A stretch of 60,553 bases of DNA, filler included, from Malassezia furfur (Eukaryota): NCBI GenBank assembly GCA_052055015.1. It is 3 parts of 3 records of this genome, joined end to end, with 100 filler letters (N's around TTAATTAATTAA, not from the genome) between each part and the next. Parts side by side here need not be neighbours in the genome. Positions count along the whole stretch, not along the records: positions 20,401 to 40,529 come from JBQJIT010000179.1; 2 more parts are not named here. One strand, written 5' to 3'. This document shows positions 23,401 through 33,800 of this stretch, piece after piece; within the stretch, counting starts at the first letter, position 1, and each line of letters opens with the position of its first letter. The translations under genes were made by a program, and so were the position numbers. The notes beneath the pieces are model-generated. The model ran no database searches and was not told the origin of the DNA. It saw only the letters and a list, made by a program, of their open reading frames with translations.

Positions 23401-26038
23401 GCTCGTACGTTGCGCTCCACGCGCACAGCACGTCGAACGTCGCATGGACCTCTTTGGACGTCGCTGCATCGTCGAGGCGCTCGAGAAGCGCGACAAACAG
23501 CATCGGCCACGCCGTGACCCCGGCCGTCTCGGCGAGATGTTCGTACGCCTGCGCGTTGCACGTCACGACCGCAAGTGTCGCACGCCACGCGGCATCCTCG
23601 GCTGCGGCGGGCGCATCCACCACCGCATCCCATACGTCGGCGGGTACATGCGTACGTGCCGGTGCCGCGACGCTTGCGATGAGGGCCGCACCGGCACGCG
23701 CCGCGGGGTGCGTCGGGTCCGCCGCGGCCAGCTCGTCGACGAGTGCACGCAGCGGTGCGTAGGGCTTGGCGCATGCCACGAGGCGCAGCACGACGCGCGC
23801 AATGTACGCGACGATCGGCGCGCTCGCATTCACATCCACGCCCTCGGCCGTATCAAATAGATGTTTGGCGAGACGAATCTGCGCCTGCTCGACAACGACC
23901 ATCAGCAGCGGGCTGGGGCACGCGTCTTCGGCGACCGGCCCCCCGGCGCCAAGGGCCATGTGCGCCCGCGCGCGCTCCGCGTAACGGTGCGGCGTCTTGA
24001 GACACCGCTGCATGCACTCATCCACAAAGTTGAGCACGCTCACGCGGTGCACGTCGGCGTGTGGCAGCGCGGCGAGCCACACGTGCACCTCGGCGGGGTC
24101 GTGCGCAAAGAGCGCCGTGCGCTCGAGCTGCGTGCACAGCAGCGCCGCGGCGCGTCGCTGCACGGCACCCCGCGTCGCAGCGTGCAGCGCCAGCAAAAAG
24201 TGCACGTTGGAGCGCTGGGCACACCCCGGCCACGCCGCGGGCGCCCGTGCCGTGAGGTCGTACGCGGCCTCGGTGGTGCGCGCAACGAGCTGCAGCGCGT
24301 GCAGCTGGCACAGGCGCTCGAGGTGCAGTGGACCTTGGGCATCGGTGGCAAGGAACGCGCTGGTAAGCAGCTTGCCGGCGTCGTAGCGCGTATCAAACGT
24401 CATGCTCGGCAGTACGGTGTGGTACAGCGCGAGAACACGCAGCGCCGCCTCCTGCCGCATGCTGCCAGTCGCATGCACGAGCGTCGCGACCGCGTCCACG
24501 GGCGGAAAACGTTTTCGCCAAACGAGTTCGTAGGTGCGCAGCGCCGCGCGCCACGCACCGTTCGGCGGCTCGTCGAGCCGCGCCGCGGCGCGCAGTGCGC
24601 CGGCCTGCACGGCCTCGACGCGCTGCAGGGCACGCGCCACAACGAGGCACGCATAGTACTGGACGAGCGCATCGGTGTGCCGCAGGCCGCGTCCCAATGC
24701 GCGCAGTAGCGACTCGGGCGCCGTGTTCGCCAGGACGACGCCGGCGCGCGGCGGCGCAGGTTCGTCAGTCGGTGGCACAGGCAACGCGAGCAGACGCCCG
24801 AGAAATGCCATGCTCCCCAGCCACGCACTGTCCGCGCGCGGCTCGAGGGTGAGCGTGCGGTGCGCGCTTTGCAGGTACGATGCGACCAGCTCGGGGCACG
24901 CACCGAGGATGCGCAGCGCAAGCTCCTGCTGCCGCAGGTCGTCAATGGGCGACAGCTGGCGCACGAGGTGCGCGAGCACTTTGTTGTACACGCCGCCTTC
25001 GGCCGGCGCGGCGCGTGCGCCGTCGTCCAGTTTGGGGTACCACCCGCGGTCCTGGTAGCACAGCCCAAAGCCGGGGTGCGTGCCGATGCTCAGCAGGAAG
25101 TGATGCACGAGGTCGGCGACAGAGGTGGATGCACCGACCGTGTCGTGCTCGCGGGTATACAGGCGCAGAAGCGACGCGGTGGCCTGCTCGGTAAACAGCT
25201 TGACCTTGGTGCCGCGCGGCACATGGGTATCCTTGAACACTTCCTCGTGCAGCACGAGCAGCACATATTGCACCACCTCGGCAGGATCCGACGCAAGCCC
25301 ACGCAGCACGAGCGGCACACCTTCCGCGCCCAACTCAAGCACCGCGACCTTGAGGGGTGTGTGGAACGACTGGGTGAGCATGGCGTGCAGGAACAGGATG
25401 TACTGCGTGCGGATATCCGCGTCGTACAGCGACACGACGGAGCCTGCGCGTGCGCGCCGGCGCATCGAAAGCAATCGCGCATGCACATCGGCGGTCCAAT
25501 GGAAGCGCTCCCACACAGCCAACGCATGCTTTCCTCGCGCAAAATTGGCCATCGCCGTGAACAGTTTGAGGGCGACCAGCGCGGCGACTGCATCATTTCC
25601 TGCGTCGCGCTTATCGCGCCGCGACTGCACGGCCGCGGCGATGTACGTATGCATGCGCGTGGCCCATGGTGCGTCGGGCGCGAGCAGCCGATCGAGGATG
25701 CGCTCGCCTAGTGCATGATAGGTCTGGTGCGCGGACAGCAGGTCGAGCAGCTGCGCCAGTACCTGCATCGGCACAGGGCGCAGCGTCGGCAGCGAGCGCT
25801 GCTCAGCCAAGTCCCAAGCATCGAACAGCAGCGGAAGCACGGGCGGCGCGGCCTCAACGACCTCGCGCGCTAGCAGCAGGCGCTCATCGGTCACTGCGAT
25901 GTGCGCGACCGCATACTCGCCGAGATCCGCGGAGTGAAGACGAAGCGCACCTCGCAACCGGTGCAGCGCGGCGGATGACGCATCTGCCGAGCTGCTCGCG
26001 AGCTCCGCATGCAGCGCGCCCACCGACGGCCGCGGCAT
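20432..26038 (-). CDS. URB1: Nucleolar pre-ribosomal-associated protein 1 (Urb1/Npa1)
   Basis: About 1870-aa ARM-like ORF with DIRTQYILF, GL..DP...V..VL, YNKVL, ELALRILGACPELVA.Y, YDPWF.L, FLLQRP.LD..DVPLLYNLLYS, ERSWLLRFL. Start uncertain: 26038, or upstream in-frame ATG at 26134. Confidence 0.85.
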   Translation of the reverse strand: MPRPSVGALHAELASSSADASSAALHRLRGALRLHSADLGEYAVAHIAVTDERLLLAREVVEAAPPVLPLLFDAWDLAEQRSLPTLRPVPMQVLAQLLDLLSAHQTYHALGERILDRLLAPDAPWATRMHTYIAAAVQSRRDKRDAGNDAVAALVALKLFTAMANFARGKHALAVWERFHWTADVHARLLSMRRRARAGSVVSLYDADIRTQYILFLHAMLTQSFHTPLKVAVLELGAEGVPLVLRGLASDPAEVVQYVLLVLHEEVFKDTHVPRGTKVKLFTEQATASLLRLYTREHDTVGASTSVADLVHHFLLSIGTHPGFGLCYQDRGWYPKLDDGARAAPAEGGVYNKVLAHLVRQLSPIDDLRQQELALRILGACPELVASYLQSAHRTLTLEPRADSAWLGSMAFLGRLLALPVPPTDEPAPPRAGVVLANTAPESLLRALGRGLRHTDALVQYYACLVVARALQRVEAVQAGALRAAARLDEPPNGAWRAALRTYELVWRKRFPPVDAVATLVHATGSMRQEAALRVLALYHTVLPSMTFDTRYDAGKLLTSAFLATDAQGPLHLERLCQLHALQLVARTTEAAYDLTARAPAAWPGCAQRSNVHFLLALHAATRGAVQRRAAALLCTQLERTALFAHDPAEVHVWLAALPHADVHRVSVLNFVDECMQRCLKTPHRYAERARAHMALGAGGPVAEDACPSPLLMVVVEQAQIRLAKHLFDTAEGVDVNASAPIVAYIARVVLRLVACAKPYAPLRALVDELAAADPTHPAARAGAALIASVAAPARTHVPADVWDAVVDAPAAAEDAAWRATLAVVTCNAQAYEHLAETAGVTAWPMLFVALLERLDDAATSKEVHATFDVLCAWSATYELSVSDLERYVLQRAVVRAWLTRGMQGAPGVFRERLVELVCRLGAARPAYAPGLAPLVDNIAQGLHADVHDAALLRSAARLAHATPDAAPIVQALLAHVPTAGASDAAPVLACLASCAAASMRLGAREALAALHDALPRLLPHAATPSGVRVVATVLRSAMPPGLDATHPPTCGTLSALHRVRAHLADAPLAALADAPDAARDVVLMRCVYAVPHVAPALVAAWGSDVAARIATLVYTPLALLDAVEAAEAPVPNGVATGVVQAVPTWRDATPTALAARCIACAGVARRAPAHRAALIAALDALLRDAGARVFSAALVWVISAVDDAALTARLSSLALRCIVQQLADDDTRPTVRAAMRAYTALLVRGAPADAALAEPVLEAVAQYRALDVDALRLARVVLRAAPVRAACATRVLHTLLAHTELVGAARNEGDARRAALVPLVAALLAASPPDALATPTTHARVVFLYTGTCSAADRALLRALRRDERGRRAAVLDALRGWAADAKLVPSTLSRDTLLTALGTLDAQRAHATCVALPAARLDSPDAYDPWFVLNLVGGAMLERAAQGTRTEDDAPAHLTGLEWLAIVRTGALGVVVCALSSPHAPLRLAALRLLGKVLASVQRADFRERDLLVLVLVRVRDAVPPPPPTSVTGAYDEVPWLPTTATLFMAHCLRAVALSHLVLFPTLCRFLLQRPRLDVHDVPLLYNLLYSASDHLHHERSWLLRFLDDAFAAHAHLADARTPDAHRRTRTDWRVFQRRHVWDLVLSLYDALADNAAAAHHANAAADARDCARLASIIARAAALPYLATTLVARRGLLHWASMRVTRGDRGTYWLQLVASIAGTHLDRGARIAHLDYLDTALQGTLVLIALDVAAHAWPNDTPDAEATEAALALAHALLEYATLRGSASFGAQEARVATRLLQALAPHAHGASHAETLAQCVLYAAQLTPAPHDRALVALFARHLDFARHARTYAPRAWALRRLGAASRA

Positions 26039-26132
26039 CGAAGGAAGCGGCGCCGACCCAAAAACGGCTGACGTCAGCACGGCGCGCACGCCCTCCACCG
26101 CACACGCGCAGCCTCCGCATAGGCCCTGGACC

Positions 26133-27841
26133 ATGGCGACGGCGCGCCCGGACCGGCACACACAGCGGTACGACCGCCAGCTGCGTCTGTGGAACACGTC
26201 AGGTCAGGCGGCGCTCGAGCATGCACGCATTCTCATCGTAGGCGCCTCGGCGCTCTCGGGCCAGATTCTCAAGAACCTTGTTCTCCCCGGCCTCGGCGGG
26301 TTTACGGTGCTCGACGATGCGCTCGTCACTGCGGGCGATATCGGCACCAACTTTTTCCTCCAGGCGGGCGAGAGTGAGGGAAAGCCCTATGCTACTGAGC
26401 TTGCACGCCTCGTTGCCGAGCTCAACCCGAGTGTCGCACACGCGGGCCATGTCGAGGTGCGTTGCCGGCGCTGACGCAGTCGCCGTCTGCACTTCTCACA
26501 CGCGACCCTGCCTTTTTTACGCAGTTCTCGCTGATCTTGTGCGTGCGGCAACCGCGCGACGTGCAGGAGCGCGTCGCAGACCTCGGCTGGTACCACACGC
26601 CGCCCATCCCCGTGTTCTGCGCACAGACCTCGGGGTTTCAGGGCGTGTTCCACGTGAGTGTTCGCGAGCTCGGCAGTACGTCACCTGCTCACCCAGTCAC
26701 CGAGACACACCCCGACTCGCTTGTGGACTTGCGGCTCACGCGGCCCTTTCCGGAACTGGCGGCGTTTGCGGCCAAGTTTGACCTTGAAACAGCGGACTCG
26801 TTGCAGCGCAGCCACATCCCCTACGTCGTGCTACTGCTCCGCGCCCTCCATGATTGGAAAGAGACACACGGCACGCTACCGACGACCGCGTCGCGTGCGG
26901 ATTTTCTCGCATTTCTCCGCGCGCGCCGTCCGGAAGGCGACAGCGAAAACTTTGACGAGGCGCATGCGGCGCTGGCCCAGCACGTCTGGCGCCCACTGCA
27001 GTCGCCTGCGGTCCCGCCGAACGTTGCAGGGATGCTCGACGACGTACAGGCCAAGGAGGTGTCGGAGAAGGTACGCCACCGCCTCACACAGACCCCGCCA
27101 TTCTGGCTGCTCGTCGCAGCGCTCCGTGCGTACGTCGCGCAGGAGCACACGCTGCCCCTTTCTGGCGCGCTGCCCGACATGAAGGCGACGAGCGAGACGT
27201 ACGTCGCGCTGCAGCACCTGTATGTCGTCAAGGCACGACAAGACTTGGACACGTTCCAGACGTGCCTCGACGCAGTGCTTGCCAAGGCGCATCTCTCGCG
27301 GGACGCGGCCGGTCTGGGCGACGGCCAGGTGCGCACGTTTGTAAAGCACGCCGCACACCTGCGCCTTGTGCGTGGGCGCCGTCTTGCGCAGCAACGCACC
27401 GACCCAGACACGGGCGCCATGGGTACGTTGCACCCCTGACGCAGCAATGGCGTTTGCCGACCCCGTGAATCCGGTCACGGTACAGTACCTGATCGCCTTC
27501 TTTGCGGCCGACTCATTCTACGAAGAGCACGCGCGGTACCCCACCGAGTGGACAGACGAGGCGGCACTGGTGCAGCTTGCCTACCGCTATGCCGACGACA
27601 CGCACCTCGAGCTAGGCGACGACGATCGCGATAAGCTGCGTGCGGCCTGTGTGGAGCTGTACGTCTTTTTCTCTTACCCAGCATCCGTGGCGCGCGCCTC
27701 GACCTGGCATCCACGGCGGCATACCTCGGCGGCGTTGTGGCACAGGAGGTGATCAAAGTGATTACCGTGCAATACCTCCCGTTGGACAATACGTGCATCT
27801 ACGATGGGATCGCCGAGGCGATCGGGAGCATCCGTCTCTAG
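26133..27841 (+). CDS. ULA1: NEDD8-activating enzyme E1 regulatory subunit (Ula1/APP-BP1/NAE1)
   Basis: RYDRQLRLW...GQ..LE, ILKNLVLPG.G.F, ETHPD..DLRL, HIPYVVLL, LPLSG.LPDMKA, GG.VAQEVIK.IT.QY.P; five introns 26457-26479, 26676-26696, 27071-27091, 27423-27444, 27659-27681 (21-23 nt). Confidence 0.92.
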
Positions 27842-29294
27842 TGCGCCGTCGCCTCCGTAGGATCGGGCTTGACCTGGCTGTAGACCTCGCCAACAATCCC
27901 CAGTGCCTCGGCACGCAGCCGTTGTGTCTGCTTTGACACAGCCGCGTCGTACAGCGTGCGGTCCGACACCTCGCGGATGACGCTCTCCACCTCGAGCTTG
28001 GCGCCCTTGAACAGGGCGCGCATGCTGCGTCAGTCGTATAGGCACGTACCCCTTCTCGGCGGCCTGCTCTTCGAGCTGCCGCTTACGCTCCTCGGTGATG
28101 CCCTGCTCCTCGGCCTTCTCCAGCTCCTCAAACACGGATTTGAGCTTGAGCGCCGCACGCACCGTCGACACCGTCTCGCGCACCGTGTGGAACGACGAGC
28201 TGGCCGCGTGAAACATGCCACCAAGCGTGCCAAATAGGCCGTTGGCCGCAAGGTAGTGCCGCGACTTGGCCGCGTACACGAAGCCCACGGCGTGCAGCAG
28301 TTCCACACCAAAGCTCTCCGCTTTGAGCTCCTCGGCCTCGAGGCGCACAATCTCGCGGAACCCGGCGCGTGCCTCGTCCGCCTGCGTCTCGTCGCTGGCC
28401 GTCGCGATGCTCTCGGTGTAGATGCTCAGCTTGCGCGTAAGCTTCTCGACGAGCGCCGAGACACGTTCCTCGCGCTCTTTCTCCTTTTCCTTCTCCTTGC
28501 GCTCCTCCTCGGCCTCCTTGGCGGCCTTCTGCTCGGGCGTCAGTGTATCGTTCTTGGCATCGGTGTCTTTGCCATTGGCCTCTTTTTCAAGCTCGCCCGA
28601 GTCTTTTTGGAGCGCTTCTTTCATGTCGCGTCCGATGCTGATCGTACCAATCTGCGTTAGCGCACGGTACACACAATATCCTGGAAGCGCTCGCCGCCAA
28701 AGATCCCACCGAATACCTCTTCGGGGTCCACAATTCCATCCTCGGATGGCAGTCCGGGCGTAGCTGGGCCAAACTCGTTGTATTTGTGCCGCAACGCAGG
28801 GTCCGACAGCACTTGGTATGCCGCAGCAAGCTGCTTAAACTTTTCCTCGCCCTCGGGGTCGTTAGGATTCTTGTCAGGATGCAGCTTAATGGCTAGCTTG
28901 CGATAAGCACGCTTGACTTCCTCCGTCGTTGCCGATGCGGGGATCTGCAGCACATCATAGCTAAGGGGTGTGAGCACACGACGTACTAAGTCATATCGAG
29001 CGGCCGCTCGTCCGTGCCGATGCGACGCTTGTTTGCCACCTCCTTCTTGCCGCCCTTGGCCTCAGATCGGATCTCGCGCAGGAGACGCGGCGCACCTGGC
29101 GGGTCAAAGTTGCGTTTGCACTCGACGCACGTCACCGAGAAGGACGTGACCGAACTTGGCAGTGCCGCAACATCCTCGGCTTTGGGGGGCTTGTACTCGA
29201 TCTGTGCACGACAATCCGTGTACGGACAGGCCACCGCAATATATGCCTCCTTGCGTCGCGACTTGACCACAAGCCGAGCTGTGTCGTCAACCAT
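27838..29294 (-). CDS. DnaJ + DnaJ-X domain co-chaperone (Djp1/Caj1-like) with N-terminal Cys motif
   Basis: Y|YDVL...[56 protein letters not shown]; introns 28961-28986, 28652-28674, 28025-28049. Confidence 0.88.
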
Positions 29295-29372
29295 ATCGCC
29301 CAGTGGACGCGCGAGCCAACACTGGGCGCCTTCGCAGCGCGGGGGAGCCGTAATTCCCCAACTGTGACCACC

Positions 29373-29726
29373 ATGGAGGCCCTGAGCCAATCGGGCAAAA
29401 TTGTACGTCGCGCTGCGCGCGCTCACCCAGGACCATTGTGGGCAGCGGCTCGCCGAGAGACTCTACCAATATGTGCTCATTACGGGCGCGGTACGTATGC
29501 GCCACGCGCAATTTTCGCGCTGTGACGCGCCTGAGCAAATGGTGCTGACCTTAGGTGGTTGCGTTTGTCGCGGGCTACCTGCGCCAGGACCTTGCCCTCA
29601 CCCTGTACATATTCTTGACGTCTGCCATCGTGAGCCTCGTCGTATGTCGTGCGCCTCACCCAGCTCTGCGTGCCTCCGTGGCCCATGTACAACCGCTACC
29701 ACGTCGTTTGGCGGCCGTCCTCGTAG
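29373..29726 (+). CDS. SPC1: Signal peptidase complex subunit 1 (SPC12)
   Basis: GKI|DHCGQRLAE...|two TM segments|VPPWPMYNR; introns 29403-29430 (28 nt), 29491-29554 (64 nt), 29642-29663 (22 nt). Confidence 0.88.
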
Positions 29727-29771
29727 ATCTGCTTAATTCCCCGGCTCGACGCGCTCGTTTTCTCGCCTGCC

Positions 29772-30710
29772 ATGACGTCTCGTGTGGAAGAGACCAAAAA
29801 GCTGAACAAGCAGCTCTCGAAAGCCGCAAGTGACGGCAAGACAGAGGATGTGCTGGCGCTCCTCAAGCAGCTCAAGCAGGTGGTCGAGCCGACGGAGGAG
29901 CTGATTCGGGTATGTCGCGCGACTCACACAGGCAACCAAGATTGGCGTCGCCGTTGGTAAACTGCGCACACATGCCGACGCGCGCGTCTCGGACCTGGCC
30001 AAGGAGCTGGTCAAGACATGGAAAGCACAGGTGGAAAAGCAACGTCGTGAGAGCAGCGCGAAAGATAAGCCCAAAGCCGAGCCGGCCGCGGCGGCGGAGC
30101 CGGTGGCGCCTGCCAAGGCGCCTGTCAAGTCGGACAAGCCGGTGAACATCGACTTTGAGGTGCTGAACGACAAGACGCGCAATGCGTGCCTGAAGCTGCT
30201 GTACTCGAGCTTGGAGCTCGCGCCCGACGCCGATGCGCAGGTCGTGTACAGCGTCGCGATGCGGATTGAGCAGGCGGCGCTCGATACGATCGGCCATGGC
30301 GCGGTGAATGGTGACTATCGTGCCAAGATTCGCAGCTTGAGCCTGAACCTAAAGGACAAAAACAACCCCGAGCTCCGTGAGCAGGTACTGTTGGGCGAAA
30401 TTTCGCCCGAAAAGCTCGTGGTGATGCGCTCGGAGGTACGTATGACCCCAATGACGTCAGGATATGGCCTCGAGTGCACGCAAGGCTGAGCGCGAGCGGC
30501 TGCAGGAGCAAAACTTGCACAACGCCAAGGGCGCTGAGGCGCAGGAAGCCGAGACCGATGCGTTCCAGTGCGGCAAGTGCAAGCAGCGCAAGACTCGCTA
30601 CTACCAGATGCAGACACGCAGTGCCGATGAGCCTATGTATGTGCGCAACTAACGCCAGGACCACGTTCGTGACGTGCGTCAATTGTAACAACAAGTGGAA
30701 GTTTTGCTAG
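29772..30710 (+). CDS. DST1: Transcription elongation factor TFIIS
   Basis: TKIGVAVGKLR, YRAKIRSL.LNLKDKNNP.LR, FQCGKCKQRK..YYQMQTRSADEPM|TTFVTC.NC.NKWKFC; introns 29910-29931, 30436-30460, 30637-30658. Confidence 0.96.
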
Positions 30711-30801
30711 TCTGTACTGTAGTCCTGTAATCCAAGCCTCGTGGCAAATCCACAAAAAAAAATTCCAACGCACAAGCCGCGCCGGTTTTAGCCTTGCGAC
30801 G

Positions 30802-33800
30802 ATGGGACGCGACTTCCGCCCGAAGGGGAAAGGCGGCGCACCGCGTGCGCGTCCGAAGCACGCAGACACGGACGATGAGGACGTGCCAGAAGAAGAATTG
30901 CTGCGCCAGGTGCAGGCGCTGGGCGGCGATGCGGACGACGTCGCACTGATGCGCAGCAAAGGCAGCGGCACGCAGCTGAATGACGCACAGCTTTCCTCGG
31001 AGCTCGCCGAGTTTATGAAGAAGGAGCACATGCAGCTGACTGCGCTGAGCGCCGCGTCACCTCAAGCACGCGCGCCGGCAAAGCCGGCGAAGGGCAAGGC
31101 TGCTGCGCCAGACCCCCAGATCAAGGACACGGCACGCCCTGAGGCCAAGAAGGAGGCTGCGCGCGCCGAGGCGTCCAAGAAAGGTGTTGCGCGCGATGAG
31201 CGCAATGCAGAGCTACCCAAGAAAGGTGCAGCGCGCAAGCCCGACGCCAAGCCCGCGGCTGAGGCGCGGCCCAATGGCGATCAACAACGTCCGCGCGACG
31301 GTTCACAGGTGGCATCTGCGCGCCCCGCCGGTAAGCACATGGTGTTTGAAGGCGACACGCCGCGCGTCGTCACGCCGTCGTCGCTCAAGCTGCTGATCGA
31401 GCCCGTATCGGAGTGGACGTCGCTACCACTGCCGACGCTGCCGGCGGCGCCTGCCAAGACGCCCAAGACGGTGCCCGACGCGACGGTGGATGCGTTGCAC
31501 GCACTTGGCGACCAGGTGCTACGTGACGAGGGCGAGACGTACACGCGCCTCGGCAACGGCGAGGGCGGCCGCAACGTGACGCTCGGCACACTCACGCAGT
31601 CCGATTTGCAATTTGCGCGCACGCTGCTCACCTCGAACAAGGCCGGTACACTTTCCGACCGGATCTCGGCGGTGACACTCTTGCTGCAAAACAGCCCGCT
31701 GCACAACACCAAGGCGCTCGAGACGCTGATGCACATGGCGGGCAAGCCCGGGCGCGAGGAGGCCAGCCGAGCGACGCGCGCGCTGGCCGACTGGTTCGCT
31801 AGCGGCGGCGGACTGGGCCCGAGCAAGCTGCACTACTTCCGCGACCAGCCGGCGCTGCGCGATGCCGCAGGTGTGTACGCGAGCGGCACGACGCAGGCGC
31901 TGCGTCTGTGCGTGTGTGTATGGGCATACGAGGATTTGCTGAAGAAGACTTACTTTGCGTTTGTGCAGCTGCTCGAGCGGCAGTCGCATGACACGCTGCT
32001 CTTCATGCGGAAGCAGGCGGTGACGCAGATCTTTATGTTGCTGCGCGACAAGCCCGAGCAGGAGCACAACCTGCTGCGCCTACTTACCAACAAACTCGGT
32101 GACCCTGATCGGAGCGTCGCATCCAAGGCGAGCACGCATCTGATGGAGCTGCTGCATGCGCACCCCGCGATGAAGGGCATTGTCCTGCGCGAGGTCAGCG
32201 AGACGGTGTTACGCTCGCAGGTGGTCGGCGCCGATGCCAAGGATGGCAAGGCGCGCGGTAACCAGCATGCGACGTATTACGGCGTACTGACGCTCAACCA
32301 GACGCTCTTCACGACGCAGGACGCCGAGTTGGCCAACGAAGTCTTCTCCGTGTACTTCCAGCTGTTTGACGTGTGCCTTGCACAGGAAGCCGCGGCCGAG
32401 AAGCGCGCGCCGGCATCGGAGGGCGACGCGCGTGACAAGAAACGATGGCGCGACAAAAAGGCGCCAACGAGCCGCGAGCAGGTGAACAAGGCGGCGTCCG
32501 ACGTCGACAGTCGGTTGCTCGCCGCGATCCTCACGGGCATTCGCCGCGTGTTCCCCTTTACCACGCTGAGCTCCGCAGCGCTCGACAAGCACCTCGACAC
32601 GCTCTTCCGCATCACGCACACGCACTCGTTCAACATCGCGATCCAGGCTCTCCAGCTCGTGTTCCAGGTGGCGATCGGCACGTCGCGTGACGCCGATGCG
32701 CCGCAGTTCTCATCGCAGGTCGCTGACCGCTACTACCGCACACTGTACGACTCGCTGCTCGACACGCGTCTTGCGACGACGAGCAAGCAGGCCATGTACC
32801 TCAACCTGCTGTACAAGTCGCTCAAGGCGGACCTCGATGGCGAGCGCGTCAAGGCGTTTGTGAAGCGGCTGTGCCAGATCCTTGCGCTGCAGGAGCCACC
32901 GTTTATTTGTGGCGCGCTTGTGCTGCTCAGCCAACTGTTTGCCACGTCGCCCGGCCTGCGTGCTATGCTCACCGAGCCCGAGGAAGAGGGCGTGGAGCAC
33001 TTTGCTGACCAGACCGAGGAGACCGCCCCCCGTGCCCAGCCCACGCAGGCCACGTCGCTGTACGACGGGCGCAAGCGCGATCCTCGCTTTGCGCGTGCGG
33101 GCGACACCGCCTTGTGGGACATCTTGCCGCTCGTGCACCACTTCCACCCGTCGGTCAGCCTGAATGCCAAGCAGCTGATCGCCGGCGAAAAGGTGACGTC
33201 GAACCCCGACCTGACGCTCAACACGCTCATGCACTTCCTCGACCGCTTCGTGTTCCGCAACCCCAAGAAGGTTTCGGCGGTGAAGGGCTCGAGCATCATG
33301 CAGCCCGCGCTCAGCGGCGACCTGGATGCCGACGTGGTGGTGCGCCGCACCCAAGTGCCGCTTGACTATGTCAACTCGGCGGCGTTCTGGAACCAGCGCC
33401 CCGGGAACGTGCCGGCCGACCAGCAATTCTTCCTGCAGTACTTCCAGACGAAGCAGAAGCGCGCGGGCCAAGCGCCTGCGCCAACCGAGACCCACGACGA
33501 GGCGGCCAGTGCCGACGAGGGCAGCGACGCAGAGCTCAGCACCGACGACGAGGAGGAGAAGGAGATCTGGAAGGCGATGAAGCGCTCGATTCCCCAGGAG
33601 CGCGAGGATGACGTGGATCTCGACGATGATGACGACATGCTCGAGGCGCTCGAGGGCGCCGAGGACGAGGAGTCGGAGTCGGAGGAGGACGAGGGCGAGG
33701 ATGCGGAAGAAGACGAGGACGAGGGCGAGGACGCGGAGGACGACGAGGGCGAAGCGTCTCTCGTTGACGAGGACCAGTCGCATCTTGCGGGCTCCGACTC

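Noticed and set aside
20432..26038. Very GC- and Ala-rich URB1 region as possible foreign DNA
   Set aside because: It encodes a conserved eukaryotic ribosome-biogenesis protein; the composition fits a fast-evolving gene under GC pressure.
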